Of a stretch of 64,000 nt of DNA, positions 11,853 through 24,281 are shown piece by piece. A program made the position numbers and the translations under genes. The stretch comes from Klebsormidium nitens (lineage: Eukaryota; Plantae; Klebsormidiophyceae): contig DF237008.1 in the NCBI GenBank assembly GCA_000708835.1, positions 1-64,000 on the forward strand, written 5' to 3'. Positions within the stretch are counted from its first letter, which is position 1. Each line of letters begins with the position of its first letter. The notes beneath the pieces were generated by a model. The model made no database searches, was not told where the DNA came from, and worked only from the letters and a program-made list of their open reading frames with translations.

Positions 11853-14800
11853 ATGGTGAGACTGCAGTTTTGGAAGCGACTCCTGCATGCATGATTTGTG
11901 CTACTTCCGAGTGAAATAGGAAAGCGGCTCTCTTTCACCAGACAACCTGCTCCTGTCAATTCCCCTTTGCGCAATTGGGGCGCTGGCACGAGGCACCCCC
12001 CCGCTCTTTCCTGGCGAGATGTTGCAGCTTTGAGACGCCGCAGCTTGGCAGGGAAAGAAGCTCTGAGCAATGGCGAGCAAAGATTCCAATGTTCTTACAA
12101 TATCAAAATACGAAGAGTTTCACGTTCGTAATCAGGCAACTCTGTAGGACCATGTACGCAAACAGAGTCTGCCCTGATGCATTCGCTAATCACAGCTCCT
12201 GCCACCAATTCTCAGGCGTCCCCTGCATAAGTGCTCTTTTCAACGCAATCTCATCCTGCCAGCTTTTTCTGCAGAATGCATCTGTGAAGTTCCGGGATGG
12301 CCAGCGACCTCTATTTAAGCTCAAAATGCCCATGACCATGTTCGGCGTTCCACTGCAATCGGGGGTCACGGTCGGCGATGGCGAAGACTTTGGCTTCCAT
12401 GTGAGCGTCCCCTTCGGTCCCTGCAAATGCAATGAGTTTAGTGGCCCTTCTCAGGAGGATTTTCAGGCCCCGTCATATTAGTTGGCGGGGTTCAAACTAT
12501 CTTACGTTGGCCTAACCGGGGAGCTCGAAATGCAAACATCTACGAGAGTCTTTCGCAGCAGATTGTGATCTGCTGAAGCGGGATGGGGCATTGGCCGCGT
12601 AGTGAGAAAGTCTGGAAATCCACCCACATTCTCTGAACCCGCTGCTTGATCTTTGGTTCCTTGGATATGTCAAGGATTGTCCTTTGCCATGTTGTGTCGA
12701 CGCAAGGAGTTCTTGATCCGAGCCAAGCGTCTGAGTACTTAGCCCCATTTCATTCCTGAGTGCAGCTAGGTACTGCTTTTGCATTCGGCCCGACGTGGAG
12801 GGTGAAGTACAACCCCAACGATGGGAACCCTCCTGCGCTTGAGATCAAGGTGTGACGACAGGCCCACTCCTCTGCAGAAAACTTCAAGCGTCTATGTTAG
12901 ATAGGGAGTGGCCATGTTAGGCTGGTCGTTCCTACACACAAGCGAACCGTGACAAAACATTGTTGCAGAGTGCGTGCTAATGGTCAGAGTGAGATCTCAA
13001 AGTATGTTCTTAGTATGCAACTAGAACATGATAGCCTAAATGTTTCCTTGTGACCAAGCCTTGCCGCAAGTTGATAGCCGAGTGCGACAGCAGTTGTCAA
13101 ACTCAAGGACACAAACGGTCTCCGCAAATAAAGTCATCAATCCTAGGATTGCAAAGAGTTCTACTCGGTATCCTACTTATGCTTATGTCTGACTTGATTC
13201 AATCCATTTTGCAGACGGGCTTAGGTCGCTGGGGGTCGAACAAGAACGCCGCTCTTCAGGTCTCTGCGGAGTGGGACTTGGCCGATATGAGGGGGGGCGG
13301 CAATGGCCGCTTCATGCTGAGAGTGAAACCAAGAGTGAGTTCAGACTCTCTGGGCCCACTCAACAGCCATACCAACAAAATTATCATCACACTCGCTCTG
13401 ATCGGCTAACATATCTGGTGCATTAGATCTGGGATTGTAGGCTCATGGTAATACCAACACCAGTACTCTTGCTTGCTGAATGCCTCCTTGGGGTTTTCTA
13501 AAGCTCTCTTTGTCAAATCGCAGCGTCATTTGTCAGAAAAGAAGCACCTCGGGATTGGGAGAGGCTTGTGGGTGTCATATCCTTTCCGTGTGGGGTAACT
13601 TACTCTGTCTTGAAAGCAAGGTGCTTGGCATGAAGTTGGAACAGCCTGCTCTCCTTTGCAGCACAGATCAGACATCGCGCTCACTATTTGTGCAGCTTAA
13701 GAAAGTCCAATCTTCTGTGTAGCTGACACGGCGTCTCGTTGTCTTGGCAGCTTGGGGACTTCTCCTTACGACACCAAAGCATCTCGGGGTACAGCGGCGA
13801 ACCTGAAGAGGAGAAGGAAGCCGGAGCAGAGGCCAGGCCGCACAGCGAGGCGAGGTATGGCTGGTCGCCACTGAGAAGCATTGCAATAGCACCAGTCTGC
13901 TAGTCGACTTGCAATAGACCAGTCAGCTAGTCGACGATCGGAGATCTGATATTCTTCTGATGAGAACGTGTCCTGTGCAAAGCATGCCCTTTTCTTGTGT
14001 CAATGCATCCAGCGAGTCTGTTGAGTGTGCACGAGCGGTGTCCACCCGCTATCCGCTCCTGTCGAAGTGTTGGCATCGTCACGCTGTGCGGCCTGGCGTT
14101 GCGTGACAAGGGTCCAACTGCATTGCCATAGTCCCAGAAGTGGGGGCCTCAGTGCATAAACGCCGCTCCCTTTGCTGCTCAAGTCCCGCACAAGTACATC
14201 ACACCTTGCAAAACTCAAGATGTGTGTTCCGTGTCCACTATCTGTACAAGCAGCACGAATTCTGAAGGTCACGCGACCTTTGACAACCGGACTTCCGTGT
14301 CGTGTTTCTGCCAGGCAAGACGCCAGCCCAGACTCTCCCGCGTCAAGAACGGGCTCAGAGAACGGGAACGCGTCGGAGGACAGTCTGGTCGTCGTGGATG
14401 GGGCGGACTCGTCGTCCGCAATGGAGGCGCGAGAGGGGCCACCGGCGAAGCAAGGAGTGCAGCGGTCGATTGGTGAGTCGATGGAGTGTTGTAGGTTGGT
14501 TGTGATTGCAAACGGCTCTGCATATGGGACTGAATGCTGTGATGGTATAATTGAGCCGTGATCTAAAAACCGGCTGCCTGGAGAGATTGCACTCGCTTGA
14601 TCGTCGACTGCTTAGAAGGCCTTCTTCATATGGACCACATGTCGTGACAAGAACCGTTTTTCATGATGGCAACCCCGTCCCACCAGAGGGAAGCAAAAAC
14701 CAGGTTTGTTCGCCGGTCAGAATGATCTTTTCCTGGACATTCTGAAGTGATTTTGGCTGGGCGACACAGTGGCAGGTCTTCGATGATGTGGGACGTGCTA

Positions 14801-17800
14801 TCGTCAAGTCCGATTGTTTTGGACCTTCTTTTGATACGTTACAGGCGCCATGCGGCGAGGCGCCTGGTACCTGAACGTGCACAGTAGACTGCCCCTCGGC
14901 AGCAAGGCGAACGCCCGCGTGCGGTGGGCTGTCAAAGTGCCCAATGAGATGTTCTCGTCTCCAGCTCGAGGGTAAGCTCATATCACCTTGTGCAGCAGCG
15001 GCACTTCCTGGTGTCGCATGATCATCTGCACATAAGAGCGTGACTGGCTCGGAGTAGCCTCTGCATGTCATTCCACGGCCTTCTGCCAATCTTAACAGGG
15101 ACTGAAGAAATACAGGTGGTTTCTTCGAACGCTAGGTTTGCGTGCCTCTACGAATGCTGGAAGTCTGTATGTTGTGAATTGACTTAACCATCGGCTGCGG
15201 CCGCAACCCAACCTGTTTCGGAGTGAATTTGAACAGCGCTACTCGCTTGAGCACTTTTGCTATCGGCTCTTATTGAGGTGGACTGACTGTAGATTCCTCA
15301 GAGGCTGCTAGAACCTAAGCCTCAAGAAAGCCCACCGCTTGCCGTACGGTCGCCAAATCAATGCCACAACCTTTGGAAAACGCCGAAAATCACCGATTGT
15401 CCCGCAGTTACGGCGCGCTCGACCTGATCCACCGCCCGACGCTGGTGCTTGACATACCAAGCCTCAACCACTTGTCGAACGCTCACCGAATTGTTCACAC
15501 CCTTTAAAGATTGTAGTTTCTTCCTGCAGTATCGGCGCGCTCGACTTGAACCACCGCCCGACGCTGGTCCTCGAGACCCCAAGCTTCAAGGAGCCTTAGT
15601 GCTCTCCATATGCCCGACCGTTCCATGCCAACCTCTATACGAGATTGCATTTTTCCTCTGACAACGTCTTTGCTTCCTGCAGATTTGGCGCGCTCGACCT
15701 GAACCACCGCCCGACGCTGGTGCTCGAGAAGCTGAGCATCGAGACGCGCGAGCGGCGCAGCCTGTCGTTCCAGAAGAACATCTACGAGCACCGCCCGCAC
15801 CCGCGGCGGCCGCGACGGGAGGCGCTGCCGGCGCCGGACACGGACAGGGAGCTGAACGTGCTCAAGGAGGACCTGGCGCGGGTCAAGTCAACAACGGTGA
15901 GCGGGTTAGCTCACGTCGAAAGACTGAGCAGCTCTACAATTGGACGGATTCGAGGGGCGGGAGGACTACAAACAGGGGTGTTGTATCACGATTGTGGTGT
16001 GGTTTTAGAAAAGAGTTTCCTCGCGTCAGTCAGGGGACTCTGAGTGACACTGAGCTGGCACGGAATCATCATACCTGCGGCGTTCAGGGTCTTGAGTTTT
16101 TAGGTTCCCCTGAGGTAGTCTGCTCTGAATGGTGTGCGGGCTGCCATGCCACCTGTTCAGACACACACCTTTTTGAGCTACTTCGAGCGGTCCAAACAAA
16201 TAGGCACTGTTGCCAGTCGTCGATGGCGGCAGAGACATCGAAGGTTGAGAGCAGAAATTGAGGAACTTGAGGGCTTTGCTGACGTACGATTTGCCATCGC
16301 TTTGGTTCATTAGTGTGGTTAAGAATAAGCTGTCTCCTAGCAACGAGGTGGTCAAGAGGTGAACACGATGTCAGCTACGCTTTTATACTCTGGAAGCACT
16401 TTTTTAACCCAGACTCCGCTTCGAGATTGATACGCAATACTTGCGGGGTGAGTGCCTGAGCACTGGTTGGCGCGCCGTCTGGGAAAGCATCTTTCACCGT
16501 GCTTTGTGTACGTTTCTCTTTACGGACCTGTACAGTTCCATGGGATGAAACAAACTTCGTTTCGTTCGTTTCGATGAACAGGGCGAGGCCCCTCCAGTGA
16601 CAGGCGTGATCCTTGTGTGCAGCAGTCCAACTCCCGGAGCATCCAGAAACTAGAGTCGGAGAACTTTGACCTGCGGAGCGCGCTCGACGACCTCAAGGCG
16701 CAATTCGCCAGGGGGAAGCCGCGCGGGGGGCCCACTTCGTCGCCTGTGAGTCGCCGATTCAGATCCGGTTAAAGTAGTTTTGTTTTAAGCATCTTGCTTG
16801 AAGAGGCTTGAGTTCAGAAAAGTAGAGGGCGACGAAGGAAGTGCTTCGCTGCGGGGCGGGCATTTTCTATAGCGCCAGGAACGGGCTTTTGCGATCCTGC
16901 GTGAACAGGCGATGCTGAGCTCCGAGCAGCACGTATATCGGTGTCTCGATTGAACGAGTTTCTGTGACTCCTTTTTGAAATCGCCCTTCGCTACTCGGCA
17001 GGCTTCCTTGAGTACGCCACAGGCGGCGATGCTGTGCTCCTCTAGTCCTTTTCTGAGCAATCCTAGACTTCAATCAACCGCTCCACAACCATCCCTCCCT
17101 CCTAGATTGAACCGAAGTTGCGAGAGCGAACAGGTGTTGCGAAAGATCGCAAAAGGACCGTCCTTCGGTTGTCGGCAGGCTTCTCTGATATCGCGCACGG
17201 ACGTAACGCTGTGCTCCCTCCTTTACCCAACGCTTCAGCACGTCTCTTCGGCTTTGATCGAGCTGAAAAGCCCTTTCGAACAGGCACCCCTTGCTACTTG
17301 ATAAACACCTTTAAGTAGCAAGTATTTCTTCAACAGCAGATCGGGCAAATCTGTGTTTTCTTTTGAATTATCGCTCTTGACTGCTCGCAGGCTTCCGTGA
17401 TTTTGCGCGAGGAGGCGATGCTGCGCTCCCAGCTGAAGCACCTGGAGGAGGAGGAGGAGCGGGGCCGGCGGGAGCGGCCGCGGCAGCAGGAGCCGCGGCG
17501 GGTGCAGGAGGAGCGCGAAGACGACGGGGACGAGCCTGCGCAGGACGATTCTGATATCAGGTGCGAAGCTTAGCTTTGGCTAAACCTAAGAAATTTGGAA
17601 TCTTCGAAACCCTAAAGGCTTCGGATTTGAATCCGTGAACGTTGTAAGTAGAAAGACTCGGTTGTGGAGGAGCGGGACGACGACGGCGACGAGCCTGGGC
17701 AGGACGATTCCCACATCAGGTGCGGAGCTTCAGCTTTTGTTAAATCCTAAAAGTTCTGGGATTCTTGAGACCTTAAGAAGGTAAAGATTGGTGGACGAGC

Positions 17801-18693
17801 GAGAGGACGACGGTGACGAGACGGGGCAGGACGACTCCGACGTTGGGTGAGGAATTGGATTCTGTGGAACGCAAAGCTTTGAAACTCTAAGACCCTAATA
17901 ACGTGAAACTCGATGGAGGAGAAGCGGACGACGACGGATTCGAGCCGGGGCAGGACGACTCCGACATCGGGTGCGGAGCTCGGCTTTGATATTTTCCGGT
18001 AATTGTACTCCAATTACCGGAAAAGGTGGATGATGCTAAACGTAAGGCGAGCGCCTGAGCTTTGACTTTGCCGGAGGTCGTCGGAAGAGAGGCTTTCAGA
18101 TTCTGATATCGTCACGAGGACAGAAGGACTTGGCGCAGGATTCGGTGTGAAGCTCGGCGTTTACTCTTTCCGACTCGTGACGTGTAGCCTCCAAATGTTG
18201 GATGGCGGGGAGGTTTGTTGCAACAGTAGGCGAGGGACTGTTGCTCGACTTTGGCAATCGGCGTTGGAAGGGTAGGCGACTCCCACAACCAAAGAAGGTT
18301 AATTTTGGTGCTAATGGAGGAATCTTCTGGAGGAATCCGCATAAATCGCGTAACAGTCGTTGAAGAAAGGAGTTCGGCGGGAATGCAGGCGCCTCCGATT
18401 CCCATAGGCTGGTTTTAGCCTGCCCATCAAGACGATTGGACAAGTCCTCTCGAAAATGTCGAGTTTTTTCAAAAAAGTGATGGGGCAGACCGCAACCCGA
18501 CAGGACCTCGGTCCTCATGCTTTTTCGCTCTTCGGAAACGCTTGTTCCAAAGCATCGACGTCCTTACTTTGAAGAAAGTGTATCCTTCAGAGAAGAAGAC
18601 AAAGGCTGGCTTAATACGTACTACGGGCTTCGTTTAACGCTTTCCTTCGTCTTGCCCATAAGGCTTCGTGAATCAGAAAGCATCCGAGTCTAG
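11853..18693 (+). CDS. OEP40: OEP40-like chloroplast outer-envelope beta-barrel solute channel with C-terminal coiled coil and acidic tail (~414 aa)
   Basis: Exons 11853-11855 (ATG|gtgag), 12275-12400, 12766-12849, 13215-13334, 13751-13854, 14315-14472, 14845-14971, 15683-15881, 16623-16745, 17391-17560, probable last exon 18663-18693 (uncertain). Translation MNASVKFRDGQRPLFKLKMPMTMFGVPLQSG...GPTWRVKYNPND...TGLGRWGS...SAEWDL...FMLRVKPRLGDFSL...RVRWAVKVP...LVLEKLSIE...LESENFDLRSALDDLK follows the recalled Arabidopsis AT3G57990 pattern. Confidence 0.75.
15401..15682 (+). repeat. OEP40-like intron 7: two tandem copies of the acceptor plus exon-8 5' end
   Basis: gcag|..ggcgcgctcgac(c/t)tga(a/t)ccaccgcccgacgctggt with acceptors ending at 15407 and 15529; real acceptor ends at 15682. 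Confidence 0.9.
17660..18170 (+). repeat. OEP40-like intron 10: three to four tandem copies of the exon-10 3' end plus donor
   Basis: gacgacgg.gacgagcc.g.gcaggacga.tc.ga.atc.g|gtgcg at ~17667-17722, 17800-17850 and 17915-17980; a weaker copy near 18095-18160. Confidence 0.88.
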
Positions 18694-19609
18694 CAGGTGT
18701 CACTTCAAAAGTCGTCATGCACTCTCACTAACGCTCGAAAAGGCGATGCCAAAGCGAGAAGCAACTCAAGTCCCCGGACTCGATATTCATCAATTGATCT
18801 CCTTGTGCAGTGCGAAACTGCGACAGGCGTTGATGCAACGAGGAAGTCGCCGGTGATCAGACAAGATCTGATGCAAAAGTTGTGGCCAGACAACGGGCAA
18901 GTGTCGTGTATATATTCTTGAATGTTTGTGGTGGTTCAGTCCACGCGGTTCCGAGGTTTGAGCAAGGGAATCTGCTTTCGAGAACCCTTTCAAACATTTT
19001 TAAGCGTCTCATTGAAGGTATCTCTCCAGAAGGCGTATCCTCAACGTTTGGCCGTGCTTTTCCGTTCGAAAGTTGTGAGGGCGACATTCAAAACAATACT
19101 ATTCATGAGTCATGGCATATGTCAATATGGTACTACTTATTGCGAGCTGAGGTTAAAATGCATCAATGGCACGTTGGTAACCCTTCAGCTCAGGACTGGC
19201 ACGTGACCCCAGCGCATTTACGAGAAAGGTTTATGCTAGCATAAACTAGGAGGCTTTCATGCGGCCCCGGGGACTTTATGCATGTGCAGATTTCACTGTG
19301 GCTAGTTGCACGTGACGGTTGGGCCGACGGCAACGGATACATATGCCTAGGTCAATGGAGGCATACCGTAACCCATGCCATGGCGCCTACATGTACGCAT
19401 GCTTACATGGTATGGCATCATTGCATATGCCATCACAGTGATTCGAAGGGCCTTCTATGGGCCGGAGTTAGGTCCGGTGAAAGCTAGGCAAGCGTCACCG
19501 TTGATGCTCTCGTGTTCGAGAAGCTCATTGACGCCCTGTGTATCAAGCAGCTTTCCTGCCAGAGGGCCGCGTCGATTAGCGTCGATCCGGCCCGGCGTCC
19601 ACCTACGTC

Positions 19610-21186
19610 TTAAAGACGGCACTGACTTAACGACTCAGTTACATTCACCAAGCTGGATTGCATGCCGTTGATGCTCTGCGAACACTCTTCCTGATCTTGT
19701 GAGTTGCTTTGCGATGTAGGAGAGCTGTTTGAGGGAGCGGCAGTAGTCCTGCTTGAGTTGTGGAGGCTGCACAAGAGCAATAGAAACAATGTCGTCAGTT
19801 TCTTGCTTCCCTCTGCAATATAAAGGTCGACTGAAGGATCTGCTTTAGTGAGAACTGAGTGCTCTCAATCGGACGATAACTCTGGGAAAGGTTCTAGCTC
19901 AGCAGCTCATGTTGACAGCAGATAGCTGTGAATACAAAACGTTCCGTGGAGGGCCAAAGCTGACCCTTCAATTGATACGACCTTTCACCAAATACTCCGC
20001 AGGATGAGTTGGTCCTTTGCATACTTTGGGTTGCCTTTAGGGGACCAGAAAACTTTGCAACTCTGCATGATGTCCCAAGAGTACTATCCAGTGTCTGGTC
20101 AAGCATCACAGTTCCACCTTGTTCAGTGCTCTTTGCTCAATCATGCTCAACCAGACAGCAAGCCTCATGTGCCAGCCTTGATATTGATTAGTCGCCATCG
20201 ATATCTCACTCTGCTGGTCGTCCTTTCAAGGCACGCGGCTACTGTCCTTCACGGTAGGCCATCATATACAGTAAACAGAACGAGGAAAGCCCCACTTAAA
20301 ACATCCTCTTTCATCAAAGTATGCATGTCAGTCCCAAGCACGGTGGCTTAGCCTCATTGCAACATCTGCTCACCCTTGCCCTCCAAGGAAACGCTGTCGT
20401 GTCTTCGAATCACTTGCGGACTTTCAGACTCAAAGTCAACAAGTTCAATTGAATTTTGCAAGGAGCCCAAGCGACTTTGCTCACCGTGCTTTCAGGGACC
20501 TCACAGCTTCCTGAAGCTGCTTCTTCTCCTCTGCCAATTGGACTTCTCGAACAGCCTGCTCCAAGCCCTCAAGCACAAGCAGTTGCTGCTCTCGCTTGTT
20601 GCGCGGGGTGACTGCAAGGACGAAGCGTTGACAACTTGGTGAGGTTGATCATCATTGGCAACTTGTTTGCAATGCAGCGCTGAGTGCCGTAAGAAGCATG
20701 TTAGCTCCCCAGTGAAAATTGATATATTGCAGGCCGCATATTTCTTCTGACCTGAGCAGTTGGCAGTTTCATAGTACCGTTTTGGTTGTTGAAAATATCA
20801 CTGACAAGTAATTTAGTGTCCATCATGCGAATGGTTGGTTGATCTTTGCTTGTCCTTACAGTACTTGCCTAGCTGGTGTTCAGGGTGCTCTGGTGGTAGT
20901 GAGATTCAAAAGACCTATCATGAGCAGGTCTGCTTGTGAAGGGTCAAAGAAAAATTTACATCCAATGTGTCCCCCGGCCTGCGCACGCCTGTAGACATTA
21001 AGAGTCACCAGCTTTGATCCTCCCCCGGATCCTCCGGACTACCGGAATCTCAGCAGAAGATTGCCTGGTAACAATCCACAAGATCTGATCGTTTGACTGC
21101 CAGCGAGTTACGGAAACCAACTAGAACGAAGTTAGCATCGCCCTTCTTTCCTTACCAACATATAAGCACCTGGTACCAGAGACATC
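19610..21186 (-). CDS. Probable small uncharacterised protein with a coiled-coil segment; 5' structure uncertain
   Basis: Exon 20485-20611 (cttgcag|...|gtgag) encodes TPRNKREQQLLVLEGLEQAVREVQLAEEKKQLQEAVRSLKAR. It joins in phase to terminal exon 19610-19766 (RLHNSSRTTAAPS...SLSQCRL*). Candidate upstream exons near 20915-20990 and 21156-21186 are weak. No family recognised. Confidence 0.35.
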
Positions 21187-22349
21187 CTGCACTTCCGCTA
21201 TAGTGCTTGATGATCCTTCTGCCACACGACCTGCTATAAAGCGGCCTGCCTCCAAGCTCCAGGCAGCAAGTAAACTGAAAAGAGCCTTACTCACACTTAG
21301 ACTAGGCCCAGGGTCTGTATGTCAAGCCCAGCCCTGGATGCCAAGACCGAGGGATCCCCTCGAATATACTCAAGTTTCCACCGTCCGATCGAAAGGATGT
21401 AAAGCTTGTACGCCGCTTGATCCCCACGTCTGTCGACGCCGCGTCTCCGTAGATCCCTGCACTGATCTGAAACTGCGGCGCAGATTCAGAGAGGAGGGCG
21501 GATCCGATCGCGAGAGCACTAGGTATATGCATGTCGAGAATGCAACTTATAACTAACCGGTATGCACTGAGAGTCAGGCTGCGTAAATCGTGCTCTCAAA
21601 ATGCGCTCGCATGTGAGACCACACGTCAAGGCAACTATGCTTCACAGATCGCATCGCTAGCTCTCATTGCCAGCCATTTTGCGGCTCAAATGAGTTGAGT
21701 CGAAGTTCTTGCGCATGAGACTTTGATCGGATGCGAAGATTTTGACCAGGGCGAGATATAGCACGGCCAGGATCAAGATTTATTGTAGGGTGGAAGAAAT
21801 CTCATAGCCCATGCATGGAGGTACATGGATCGAGAGAAGATGATATTGAGCAGATAGCCCATAACAAATACATAGGTAGTCGATCCTTACGGGGCCTCAT
21901 TATACCTTTTTGGTGGTGCTCTTGGAGCATGACAAGGCAGAATGTTGAGTTATGAATGCTAAGGCCACCCGGCTGGCGACTGCCATGTCGGCAGCACGAC
22001 TTGTGCTGCACATCACAGTAATCATAAAGCTCATGCTAATCAATTCTGAAAAGAATATTGACTTGAATCATTGGCCATTTCGTCAGCTCTGCCTGAAGAG
22101 AAAGGCACAAGAGCGGCCCAAACAGAGGGATATGTTGGAACATGGTTGGTTCCCATTCCGGCGGGGAGAAAGTAGCGGCCCCTAAGCAAAAGTTGCAAAG
22201 CCATTTCGGAGGAAGGAAGCAACGCTCTGACTGAACATTCAAGCGAACTTCGTTGTAGGATATGCGTCCCCTGATTCATGGCGGCTGTCGTTTATACGAT
22301 AATATTCAAACACGCCTGAATAATTCGCTCAAAAAGCCAAGACCAAATT

Positions 22350-24281
22350 TCACTTGGCTGGAAGCAGTTCTCCTATTTGAAAGTCGTCAATGATGTCGTA
22401 AACACGTTGTGGGTGTTGGGGCCTGCAAATCAACAACATCGACAAAGAAGCATAAACATGAGACCTAACGCTGTCAGCATTTCTTCGAGCAACCGTTCAC
22501 AATTACTGGTGCCTTATGCGTGCTACTTGTAACAATCCCCTTTTTCGTCTTCCGGTCCAAAAAACATGAGGTACCTACTACATTTCTTGATGACAAATGT
22601 GCACTGAACCAACCTGACAAAGAAGGCGATTCCTACTTCCACGATACACAGAATGGTAAAAAAAGTCAGTATGCGGAACCATCTTTACGAGAATATCGAT
22701 CTGCAGATGAATCTGACAATAATAGCCACCATAAACTTCAAATGAAGGCAGGCTTTCGTCGGTTGGTCTGGCTGAAGAAAGGTCGCGCTAACCGCTCTGG
22801 ATTTGAATTGTTGCTCGTCAATATCCAAACATACAAAGATGGCTCACCCATGAAAGCCTTCGCTAGCATCTCCACCCGCGTTCCGCAGAATGGCATCCCC
22901 CCCAGGGTGTTCTTCCACATAAGGCGTCACGTCGTATACCTGCACAGAGCCCAAGATCTGCGCTTAGCAATAATTGATGGTTGATGCTCTTTGTTCATGC
23001 GAGCAAGATGATGAGCTGATGAAGTCATAAAAAAGGCTGCAGACCAGATCACAGGGAACTGCAACACAACGTGTTCAACGCTAAGAATAAGGGGTGCTGC
23101 AAGGTCAGCAAGAGCAGCTCTCTTTGAGGAGCAGATTTTCACTCATTGTCATAGGTTTCCGAATATTACTACCATTGCAGGTCTTCTCCAACCTGAGGGG
23201 ATGGAAAAAAGGAGATCACTTCTACAGCTGGTCCATATGAAGGAGAGGTGCCAGTAAGCTAAAGACGGCTCACCTTGTCATCGACTATGATCCAGCAGTC
23301 GCCTCGATCTACGTGCTTTGCGACCTCGTCTTTTGTGTACTTTCGTCGCTGTAAACATTAAGACGGTGTCAGCGTAATAGGCGGAAAACAAGCACTGCCT
23401 TCACTGACAAGTCCCGTTTGTGGGAAAGCACAATGAGCACTGTACTGATGAAGCAGCCGCATCTATCAGGCACATGCTGGACCTTAAGTCTCTGTCCAGA
23501 GAAGCTGTTTGGAATTGCATGACCTACTTGCACCATCTTTTCCCCGGTTTCTCTGGCAAGAGGATAGGACTTGAGGAGCGCAGTAGGCATCAACTGCACA
23601 AGTCTTTGTTGGTCAACTAAAAGGCATCAGAACGAGGAATGTGCATCAGGATGGGGTGAGTCTTCAGAACAGGCAGCTTACCCTGTCAAGCGGCTCTGCT
23701 TTAATTGTTGCAATGGGCGCACCTGCCAAATATCCAAAAACATGTAGTTTGCAAGAGGGGATGAGAAGTCTCAAAATGGTGCGGCGTGCTCTGGGGGTTC
23801 AGCTTTTTACAGTGGCCGCTCATTTCTCCTGTTTATCTCGTCTCTTGGAGTCCACCCGAAGGCTTGAGCACTACTGCTTCACATTTGATGCCAGCTGCCT
23901 TCAGAAACTTACAGGATGCCGTCTCTGCAGCTGAAGGCCCCAGTGACATTATACCTAAGTAAGAATCCGGTTGAACTGCTTGTAGTGTCACTAAGAGACG
24001 TATTGAGCGTGGGTGGCATCACGACATGAGAAGTGCGCTTGAGCAGGTTTTCACGGAGGGCAAACCAAGCAACAACGAGTAGAGCTAGCTCTCACGTATT
24101 TTGATAGACAGTAAGCCACAGTGCGCGATCTTCTTCGACATGTGATTGAAGAGGACTCACCCTGACCCTGCTGCCGTTTTGTACACAAGCTAGATAGCAT
24201 CCACAACACAAGAGCGCCCGCTGCCACCGACCAGATGTACAGTGCTGGAACGGTGAAGAAGAGCTCATGAAAGGCCTCCAT
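22350..24281 (-). CDS. Cytochrome b5-like heme-binding protein with N-terminal membrane anchor (133 aa; CB5LP-type)
   Basis: Exons 24161-24281, 23682-23722, 23274-23348, 22848-22939, 22350-22422 (402 nt, phases consistent). Translation includes [73 protein letters not shown], with HPGG and the second heme His present. Confidence 0.88.
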
